Positions 13,401 to 20,867 of a DNA stretch of 64,000 bases are shown piece by piece. The notes under the pieces are model-generated. The model was not told where the DNA came from, did not search any database, and saw nothing but the letters and a program-made list of their open reading frames with translations. Within the stretch, counting starts at the first letter, position 1, and each line of letters opens with the position of its first letter. This DNA comes from Auanema rhodensis (lineage: Eukaryota; Animalia; Nematoda), in assembly GCA_964057225.1 (NCBI GenBank), contig OZ059898.1, positions 14,756,001-14,820,000 of the forward strand, read 5' to 3'. Position numbers and translations under genes: made by a program.

Positions 13401-16400
13401 GCTACTAAATGTCTCTTCTTGACATTTTCGGCCATGTTCAGATATTTGAGGGTGGAGAGCCTAACATATGACACTGATGAGCCTGAATCCCATAAAGCTA
13501 AAATCAGTTTATCTTCAACTGATATATATATTAATGGTAACTTTGTTTCCGCTGATACAATAGAAGCAACAAATGGTATTGCGATTGGAATAAATGTTAC
13601 TAAAGCAGGATAGTATTGCTTCATGATGTTATCTGGCATCTGTTGGTCTGGGCGGCTTACAAGTTCCAATGTTTCTTCATAGCTTGGGGGCTCATTATCT
13701 ATTTCGTGGACATGCATTACGGTTAGTGGAGTGGCTCTGAAGAACCAAAATTTAGCAACAACGAAAAGAATTATTAATACTGCGGCAATCGTAACCATTG
13801 ATCCTATGAAGATGAGTGTTCTCTCAATTGATCCTATTAGAAATTGCTTTACGCTAGTCCAGGCGGAAGTTGTGAACTCAGCTGCTTTAGAGATATAGTC
13901 ACTGCCCTTTTTCAAAAGATTAAAGGCGGACGTAATTTTTGGATCGTTGTGAATAGTATGTAAAACATGGTTCTGTCGTATGGATGCTAAACTTGCTCCA
14001 TATGCAATAGCTGTTGACATTGAGTAAACTCTCAATGATAAATTGGTGTATAAGTTAGCGCCTGTGAACTTTAAAGGTGTTAATTGGTGGTATTGCGCTT
14101 TATCAAAGAGTGATATTGGTTTTACTTCAACCGATCCATTTATATTTATCCATTCTCCATTTTGATAGTATACATCTGTGGGTACATGTTCGCAATCTAT
14201 CTCTTTTCCATGTGTTAATAAGTCTCTTGATCCTGGAGCAGCAAAATATAATCTCTCATCTTCTGTTATTACTGGTGTTTCCAAATAGCATGTATCATTG
14301 ATCTTATGATTATGATAAACAGCTTTAGGTTGAAGAGGTAAGCATATATGAACATGAACTATATCGCTGCCTACGAAACGGGCTGCAATATCCTCTCTTC
14401 CTAAAATAGTCCTCATTGCTATTGTGGGTTCTATGTGTAAAATAGAACGCCATAGCTCGAGGTATCTATTTTGAATCTCACATATGGATTCATAAGATTC
14501 CATAAAACGTTTCTGTAGCTCTTCTTGTATGAGTGTTGTTGTATATTGTAGATGATCTTGAGCTATTCTGCGAGATACGTTGAGGTTGAATTGTATTTCG
14601 TTGTTCACTTTTGACGCTGTATACGTTGCCTGAGCCTGAATTTCTCTGGTTTCTACGGGTGGAGATGATGTTCTTTGTTTCCTTAAGGTTCGTGACGCCG
14701 TGTCAGTGACTGTTGCTAATGTTGTTGGCGAGAGAGTCGTAGTTATCACGGCTGTTGTCGTGTCAACTATGGTTGTCGTCGGAATCCGAGTCGTATAGCT
14801 TATAGTTGTCTCCTGAACTAGTGAAGCGGGTTTGTCCGTTGTTGTCGTTAATGACAGTCTTCTAGTCAGATAAGGCGGTGTTTCAATATCCTCTAACAGT
14901 GGCAAAAATGTTTTTATAAGTAGCTGGCGTGTATCCGCGCTTGGGGTTTGAATGCGAGGGTGGGGGCCCATCGATATACCGTAGTTAGAATCTTTATCTC
15001 GATATAGTTTGTTGGTATCTGGCACATTGATTGTTAATTGTCGGAACTTTTCATCATCTACGGCTGCTGCTGTTTTATTTGGCCTTATTACTCGCAATGT
15101 CATCAAGTTATGGTATAAGTAAAGTGTATTTCTAAGTACTATACGCTCATCAGCATTGTCAGTTGTTAAAGTTGGTCGGATAGGCGGCATGTTCACAAAG
15201 GATTTTAAAACCTCTTGCCTTGATGGTACCGACAGATTGTTTTCAAATATTACCGGTGTATAAGCTAGCTCCATCGCTATGCTTTCGGCTCTTTCGCGGT
15301 AGGATCCGTCCTTTTCTAGTAGTTTTTCGTCAAATTCGTGTGCTGTTAATCTGTCACCTATCTGTTCTAATAATTGTTTTGAGGTTAAATACCGTATAGC
15401 GCCGCGAGTGGTTGCTGCCAGTTCCTTTTGCGCAAGAAAATAAAGTATTGCTTCCTCAGGGTCGTGTATTTCGTATGTTTGAAGGAAACGTTGTATGGAT
15501 TTATCAGATACGGGACTTCTTAAGAAGAAATAAAACTTCTCGGGATGTGCTGAAACCCAATCAATAATTGAATATGAAGGGTTGACAGCTCGTCTGGCCT
15601 TTATAAGCGGTATTATCTGATAAATACCAGGATTACTCATCACCGGTCGTAAGAAAGGATAAGGACAAATATTTAATATTAAAGTTTCAAAATCTTCCTG
15701 TTTTTGTATCCACTCCTTGTTTAATTCAACCGTGCATTCCGCAATTGCTCTTTTATCTCTTTTCGCCGGAAGTTTCTTATATTCTCTCTCTATTAAAACA
15801 TGGATATTGGTGTCATTTGGGTACTGTGGTAAGAGAATGTAATTGCCAGTTGTGGTGTGGAAGATTGGCTGTTTAAAACAAGAAGATATTTGCTTCGGTA
15901 TCTCTTTTTGATCGATTACAAGGGCTGATTGAGTGGTTGGTAACAGAATAATGCCGTCTCCAATTATCGCATCATATTCACTCATGTCGATATAGTTGCA
16001 TCGATATTCATAAGGCTGTTTCTCCCATATGATGATTGAGGTATCTGATGCACATTCTCCATGATGCGCTAAGCATCCTTCAGTATTTAGTATTAAATTG
16101 GAGATTATAGTTTCATCTGGCATCCGTGTCATAACCCCTCTTTCGATAACCAATCTGGCTTTCTCTTCACATAGTTCATTATTAAAAGATCGGCCTGGCG
16201 AGAAGGAAGGCTCGTCAGTTGCATATGTTATGCTGTCGATCTTCTTTAATTCACTCCAATTCCATCTTCTATCTCTCACTGCCAGTCTGCATTCTGCAGC
16301 TGGTATCTTTTCAATTCTCGCTATCGTTGTATTGGTATCTCTAAGGAACAAAAGGTCTCTGATACACATTTTATGAATTTCTTTGGAGCATCTCCATGCA

Positions 16401-18571
16401 TCCCATTCATGTGCCGTTTGATTCCTTGTATAAAGATGAACTTTTGTTCGTAAGATATGCTTTATTGGTGGTAATAAGCATTTTCGGAGAGATGGGGGAC
16501 GGAGAAGGGCTCCTCCAGTAGCTTTAGTACATAGCTGGTATGCTTCAGCTGTTGTAACCAGTGATAAGATTACTGATAAAGCTACGGCTAAAGTCAAAGG
16601 AGATATCAGAGTCAAATTATTGACTCTTGAGCCTCTACCTCTGCCTCTATTGTTGTTATTTCCCCTAAAGGTACTGTTATTTCTCTGTCTATTATTGCTC
16701 ATTTCTTGATTTTGTGATGCATTATGGCTTCTTTGATACCCATTTTGATTTTGATTCTGATAATTTTGACCGCGGTCACCAAAATTGCGGTTCCTAGCAA
16801 ATGGGTTTTGGAAATTCCAGCCTTTTTGATTTTTTGAAAATTTATGATAATTTTGATTGTTTTGAAAGTTTGGATGATAATTGTTATAATTATTATAATT
16901 TTGATAATTTTTATTATTAAAAGATTGATAACCTCTTGCCATACCTCTCCCACCATTGTTTCTGCGCGGGGGGAAAGTTCTTTCAATTGCGTTAACCAAT
17001 AGCGCCTGAGGGTCTGCTACTTGGTTTGCAATTGATTCCTCCCAGCGAGCACTATCAACAGCCTCAGCAAAAGTTTTGGGTTTTGCTCGAATTACCCCTG
17101 GGCGTATCGTATTTTTCAAGCCTCTCAAAAATGTGGACCTCAGAATGTGATCTTTATGAGTATCACTATTAGAGAAAGCATTTAAGCTGAGGTTTCTTAA
17201 CGTTTGTGCAAAACCATCAATTGATAAATCGCCTTGAGTGCTGTTTTGAAGTGTGATAAGGGCAGGGTCTTGATTGTATTCGGGACACAGCTTGGATGTT
17301 AACTCTTCTATTAGGGTAACCCAAGGTCCAGCTGTTCTGACCTTGTCAGGTAGCTCTAAATAAGCTTCCTCTGCTCTATCATTTTTCAATAGTAATGGTA
17401 AAATAGTTAGTCTTTCGGGCATCACTAAGCCTAAGGCGTTAGAAAAGGTATTAAACTTTGCCACGAAATCTCTAAAGTTACGACTTCCGTCGTATATGGG
17501 GCAATAAGGTGAGCTTAATGCGTGCGCAATGGTAGATTTACCAGCTCCCGGAAGACGTGGTGTCTCCGTCATGGTTGGTATATCCTCAGGGTATGTGCGA
17601 GATGACGTAATCCCTTTACTGCCTGAGCTTCTCGCCGTTAAGTTCTTACCTCCCTTTTTCGAGTTACCAGATGTTGGATAACTAATGGTAGGGGCGGCTG
17701 AGGAGAACCGCTTCCCTGGGAGTTTGATAACTCGACTCGTTGCCTGAGGCGTCGAATGTATTGAAACGCTTGAGCTGGGTATAGCGCTATCTGACTTATT
17801 AAGGGTTGGGTTGGAGGATACGTGAAGAGAGTTATCAACTTGTTCTGTTGTTACCTCCCCTGGAGACAAATTCAAAACTTTTATTAAGCGAGCTGTTAAA
17901 GATTTCTTACTTTTGAACTTATCAGTAGTTAGTGATAAGGGCAAAACTTCGGTAATTTCCTGATTTGGTTCTATGGGATTATTAGAGGTTGAGCGCCTAC
18001 GCGGTGTATTAGTTTTTCTTTTATTAATCTTTTTAGAATCAAGCTTTTTCGAATCAAGCTTATCAGTGATAACTGATAAGGGTGATTTGCGAATAGTGAG
18101 AGATGAGGTTTTATTAAGTTGTGAGTTTTCTATCGGAGTGGAAAATGCCTGCGGTGTTAGAGTTAGTTCAAAAGAAGATGCAAGATCGTTATCAGTATTA
18201 ACTGATAAAGTTGATAAGTTTAGGTGGGGGGTGGCTGGTGAAGTATTAGAGGTTATTTGTTTTGGTTTTTGAATTTTTTTAATCTTTTTATTACTTTTAA
18301 AAGAGTGTACCTTTGGAGTTGAAGCTGAAGTTTGAATATTGTAGTCCTGAATATAGAAATCAGGGTCCTCCTCGGTGTTGTCCGGAGGTGAATACGTGCC
18401 TTCTCGAGGAATGAAGGTTTTCTCGACTTTGGGTTTTACCTCTTGTTCAGGCTCTTCAATCTGAACACTGAGGAGTCGAGTGCGGCTTCTGGTTCGACTG
18501 GCGACTGCGATGTCGTCACTGGACTCAGAAGGGTATAGAGCAGGGACGGCCGAAGAGTATCTTCGTGCCAC
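10469..18571 (-). CDS. Gag-Env-Pro-RT-RNaseH-IN polyprotein (2700 aa to the frameshift; about 2900 aa if repaired)
   Basis: Capsid-like YDGSRNFRDFVAKF...STFLRGL; internal signal peptide and TM; protease LWDSGS (about 13485); RT YLDD (about 12160); RNase H SDGSNIAIGAVL...DALSR; integrase H-H-C-C, HMDVMGP, TDRGSNF, SNGQVER. Annotated start is GTG; first ATG is at 17572. Confidence 0.95.
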   Translation of the reverse strand: MARRYSSAVPALYPSESSDDIAVASRTRSRTRLLSVQIEEPEQEVKPKVEKTFIPREGTYSPPDNTEEDPDFYIQDYNIQTSASTPKVHSFKSNKKIKKIQKPKQITSNTSPATPHLNLSTLSVNTDNDLASSFELTLTPQAFSTPIENSQLNKTSSLTIRKSPLSVITDKLDSKKLDSKKINKRKTNTPRRRSTSNNPIEPNQEITEVLPLSLTTDKFKSKKSLTARLIKVLNLSPGEVTTEQVDNSLHVSSNPTLNKSDSAIPSSSVSIHSTPQATSRVIKLPGKRFSSAAPTISYPTSGNSKKGGKNLTARSSGSKGITSSRTYPEDIPTMTETPRLPGAGKSTIAHALSSPYCPIYDGSRNFRDFVAKFNTFSNALGLVMPERLTILPLLLKNDRAEEAYLELPDKVRTAGPWVTLIEELTSKLCPEYNQDPALITLQNSTQGDLSIDGFAQTLRNLSLNAFSNSDTHKDHILRSTFLRGLKNTIRPGVIRAKPKTFAEAVDSARWEESIANQVADPQALLVNAIERTFPPRRNNGGRGMARGYQSFNNKNYQNYNNYNNYHPNFQNNQNYHKFSKNQKGWNFQNPFARNRNFGDRGQNYQNQNQNGYQRSHNASQNQEMSNNRQRNNSTFRGNNNNRGRGRGSRVNNLTLISPLTLAVALSVILSLVTTAEAYQLCTKATGGALLRPPSLRKCLLPPIKHILRTKVHLYTRNQTAHEWDAWRCSKEIHKMCIRDLLFLRDTNTTIARIEKIPAAECRLAVRDRRWNWSELKKIDSITYATDEPSFSPGRSFNNELCEEKARLVIERGVMTRMPDETIISNLILNTEGCLAHHGECASDTSIIIWEKQPYEYRCNYIDMSEYDAIIGDGIILLPTTQSALVIDQKEIPKQISSCFKQPIFHTTTGNYILLPQYPNDTNIHVLIEREYKKLPAKRDKRAIAECTVELNKEWIQKQEDFETLILNICPYPFLRPVMSNPGIYQIIPLIKARRAVNPSYSIIDWVSAHPEKFYFFLRSPVSDKSIQRFLQTYEIHDPEEAILYFLAQKELAATTRGAIRYLTSKQLLEQIGDRLTAHEFDEKLLEKDGSYRERAESIAMELAYTPVIFENNLSVPSRQEVLKSFVNMPPIRPTLTTDNADERIVLRNTLYLYHNLMTLRVIRPNKTAAAVDDEKFRQLTINVPDTNKLYRDKDSNYGISMGPHPRIQTPSADTRQLLIKTFLPLLEDIETPPYLTRRLSLTTTTDKPASLVQETTISYTTRIPTTTIVDTTTAVITTTLSPTTLATVTDTASRTLRKQRTSSPPVETREIQAQATYTASKVNNEIQFNLNVSRRIAQDHLQYTTTLIQEELQKRFMESYESICEIQNRYLELWRSILHIEPTIAMRTILGREDIAARFVGSDIVHVHICLPLQPKAVYHNHKINDTCYLETPVITEDERLYFAAPGSRDLLTHGKEIDCEHVPTDVYYQNGEWININGSVEVKPISLFDKAQYHQLTPLKFTGANLYTNLSLRVYSMSTAIAYGASLASIRQNHVLHTIHNDPKITSAFNLLKKGSDYISKAAEFTTSAWTSVKQFLIGSIERTLIFIGSMVTIAAVLIILFVVAKFWFFRATPLTVMHVHEIDNEPPSYEETLELVSRPDQQMPDNIMKQYYPALVTFIPIAIPFVASIVSAETKLPLIYISVEDKLILALWDSGSSVSYVRLSTLKYLNMAENVKKRHLVAMAANKSTFTFYGKINLVIEIAGYEIEHTFLVSNDHDCPAPALIGLDFMKALDSENIDVSLKPSKKRLEIGNNAIPLIGNESIKHTEITVNIINLRTKTLKPDEEAPIPIKTDKPLESNEVVVLGDSGSALKSLYPTAFRDTSGVYVMFRNDTDETIAMEANSVIGQAIIGEIPACEPFKHKPILPYVPPEADWESKLPYFPRHFIKDLDLENADLTKEEKHELTKIIESHREAFLNEDRKIGLFKGPIEHTIPLRTDMDMPKPRITRIPLGKQEEIEKQVKEMLEQGIIEPSTSLFNSPVVLVKKKDDTYRFVTDFRALNNVTRKQTYVIPSISDIVDLAAGAQFFSNFDLVSGFFQISLRKSDRPLTAFTTTSGTYQYKRMPMGLCGAPHTFQTAVRYLQSKCSCKLFVYLDDLLVISDTREQHLKDIDDLLQAVEELGMKIKLKKCAFAQPEVKFLGLIVGRQGIKPDPQKVAAIQDYPAPKNATGVRAFLGMVGFFRKFMKDFARIASPLYDLTKADTEFKWENKHQEALDLLKRSLIQAPVLSPPKSDRLFIVESDGSNIAIGAVLLQPEDPKQPLKNLHPIAFASRKLVKAERNYAPIEIEALGLVYALNQFRTYILGTHTICITDHRPLTSLMTRRDLFGRLAKFQLVIQEYDIEIKYRAGQLNKVCDALSRYIGEEANDAKPETKKKKMEEIHINAINTPTIKEIQLNTPWIKRTIAEIEYRAQKNMTANDRYCVINDLLYTKPTDKKPQPAIVIPQEHPIIEEIIKVFHEDPTIAAHQGIIKTKEAILRRFYWTNMQNDITIFIKNCIKCAQRKKDPHSMTVQPIGHFEIPSKPFERVHMDVMGPFPPSKRNCTYVITMQDAFTKWSTTIAVPQITTEITIDRFLRHFVYIFGPPHRLITDRGSNFVSKKFEEMCTKLGIKHEPTLPHQKNSNGQVERLHRTLEEGLTHYLKEDLSDWDTVLQKSLLL
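13700..16620 (-). other. Envelope glycoprotein domain embedded between Gag and protease
   Basis: Signal-like LISPLTLAVALSVILSLVTTAEA|YQLC (mature start 16540); Cys-rich ectodomain with N-x-S/T sequons; dibasic sites RDKR and RKQR; Thr-rich mucin-like stretch; TM LIFIGSMVTIAAVLIILFVVAKFWFF (about 13740-13820). Confidence 0.85.
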
Positions 18572-18984
18572 TTTGGAATCACTCTTGGTTTGGAAAAACC
18601 GCGAGTGTTTCGTTATATGGGGGATGTTGACGTTGAATGAGTGACAAGAAATTCAGGTCGGTTATAGGGAAAAGTAAGAAAAGTTTGAAGATTGAGACGT
18701 GGCGTCTTTCGCCGAGAATCGTTATTAGATGAGAAAGAGTTTTAAAATCTTGGCCTGAGATCTGGCTCCGCCTATCTACCGTATTCTCTTTTCTTTATTC
18801 TTTTTCACAGATGTTCATCAATTATAAATTTTGTTGGTCTTCGCTCTTTCCAGCCTCGATCTTAATACTTTACTCTAATTGAATTCTTGAAAGTATGAGA
18901 GAGATTTTCAGTCGTTTTATGTCCCCTTTTTATGCATAAGAATCTTTATATTTGTAGAGCTGAAAAAAAAAAATAAATCAAAGA

Positions 18985-19518
18985 ATGGCTTATGAAGGTC
19001 TATCGGGAATGACTTTTGTCTTGAGGAAGCTGTACGCTGACCTCGTCTTGTATGATCAAGACGAAGTGTTAGCTTATAGGCCGCACCCAGACATAATTAA
19101 GATGGTTGGTTAAAACAAAGAAACATGTTATGTTAATAAGAATTTTTAGTTTATTGAGGATTTAAAGATGCATTATCTGGGAAGGGGATTAGTAAACTTC
19201 TCCCTAATGCAGGAAATAGCGGATGAGGTTGCAGCTATTGGGCGATGGTGCCTCACCGATTTGTGTGCGCATTGGTATGAAAACCCCAATTTAATCGCAT
19301 CCCCTTGGAAATGGTATGAGCATAAGCCTCATGATTTTTATGATTATATGTCTAAAATTTTGTTTAAAATTTATTTGTTTTATGAACAGTCTCCTATGGG
19401 CTTATTGCTAAGGACCTCTGCGGATTCAGTGTATTCGCAGTATTTAGAGCCTAGCAATGAGCCCATCTCACAGCCTATAGAATTTGTGAGACAGTTGCAT
19501 TTTAAATGGGGCTTTTAA
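18985..19518 (+). CDS. Antisense two-exon accessory gene in the leader of element 1 (exons 18985-19104 and 19150-19518; about 162 aa, unknown function)
   Basis: ATG 18985 opens 40 codons; 45-nt intron GTTGGT...TTTTTAG in phase 0 joins in frame to the 116-aa ORF; AATAAA about 17 nt after the stop. Confidence 0.7.
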
Positions 19519-20488
19519 CAATTGTTTCATATATAATAAATACTTAATTTCACTCATTTGTTCTCTCTCTCTTTTTTTTTTTTTCATAACACAAACTTTG
19601 GTCGAGCTTATTAATAAAGAAGGAGTGCGTGCGCCTTGGGAAAATGGCTCATGTGCACGTTGATTATTAAAAGCCGTGGGCGATTCTTTTTCGGAATGAT
19701 TTTGGCATGCTAATGAGATTCCGAGAATATTTAAAAAGATTGCTCATTTTACTAATGGACTGAGACCAAAGCTCGTTTATAAAACGCAATTTTTTTCGTC
19801 AAACCATTCTACTAATTTATAGAATATTACAATATGAATACTACGGTAGGTGTGTGGAAATATCTTATGATGTTAGCAACAAAAATGAGCTGAGGAAGGT
19901 GACACATTCTACGGAGAAGAAAACATCCGTAGCCCATGTGCTTTCGCCAAAATGACCTGACAGGCAATAAAATTTGTGCCAGGATTTTTCGGACTAGTGT
20001 GGTCTATTCTCACAATCAAAAAAAAAAAATAAAAACCGAATAACGGCTCCCGCAAAAATATTTAGTTAGCATGCTCTTTTACGCCTGAATTTAACTTTCA
20101 AATCTCTAGTCCTGACCACAATAAAATATTAAACTTTGTGCGCTTTCAAAATTTCATTCTAACTCCTCGTTGCCAAATAATAATGTAATCAAAATTTCGT
20201 TTGGTGAAATTGTCCCCTATTTCGATCCAAACGTCCTCAAAAAAAATGCAAGAGAAGCGGTGCAGGATACGGTATTATAAGGGTGGACACTCAGACGGTT
20301 TTATGAGTGGGGACAGCGGGTGAAATTTCAAAATTATATAGTCCTAGCTCTCTAAAAGAGAGATCCCTTGTACCTGCACCTTATACAAGTTGGCGCCCTC
20401 ATTATGTTGCTAACCGTGGAGGAAGTTTTAATTTAGATATCAAAATATGGACTTTTTATGCGAGTTTTTGCGACACAAATGAGTTCGA

Positions 20489-20501
20489 GGTGGAACCTCC
20501 A
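20489..20501 (-). promoter_or_regulatory. Primer-binding site of element 1, complementary to the tRNA-Gln 3' end
   Basis: Minus strand TGGAGGTTCCACC immediately after the LTR; metazoan tRNA-Gln ends ...GGTGGAACCT-CCA. Confidence 0.85.
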
Positions 20502-20867
20502 CGTTCCATTATGCTCCTACGTATATTGAACAGACCATTGTAGTCTGCTCAACTACGCGTATAGTATTCCATAAGTGTAGCGGTATGGAAACAGAGCATA
20601 AGGATTACATAAGATAAGGAAATATATAGGTTTATTATACACAATACAATATCATTACAATACAATAACACAAGGATAAAGTAAACTACATTTACAAGAC
20701 AAAGACTAATATATAAGATTAACTAAGTTAGATGCAAACCGTCCATGGGCTTGCAAAGGGGCGAACTCCCGAATAGGGGCATGAGGGAAGGCGGTGCCAT
20801 TCCTCATTCCTCTAGTCGGTCTGGCTCTAACCCTGCAGTTACATATATAGAGTCTCCGAATGGAACG
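20502..20867 (-). repeat. 5' LTR of element 1 (366 bp, termini CGTTCCATT...AATGGAACG)
   Basis: Bounded by the PBS and by array sequence; 9-bp terminal inverted repeat; AATAAA on the minus strand near 20631. Confidence 0.9.

Larger units (their letters stand above)
9088..20867 (-). mobile_element. Element 1: env-bearing Ty3/gypsy (Metaviridae) endogenous retrovirus with gag-env-pro-pol order (NERV-like); 3' LTR truncated
   Basis: Full 5' LTR 20502-20867, identical 81-bp 3' LTR remnant 9088-9168, PBS, and a 2700-aa polyprotein with PR-RT-RH-IN order and an internal glycoprotein. Confidence 0.95.

Noticed and set aside
11079-18272. Plus-strand ORFs opposite the polyprotein (for example 12426-13298, 290 aa) and minus-strand ORFs opposite BEL gag/pol
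   Set aside because: Antisense shadows of long coding frames, mostly with non-ATG starts and no motifs
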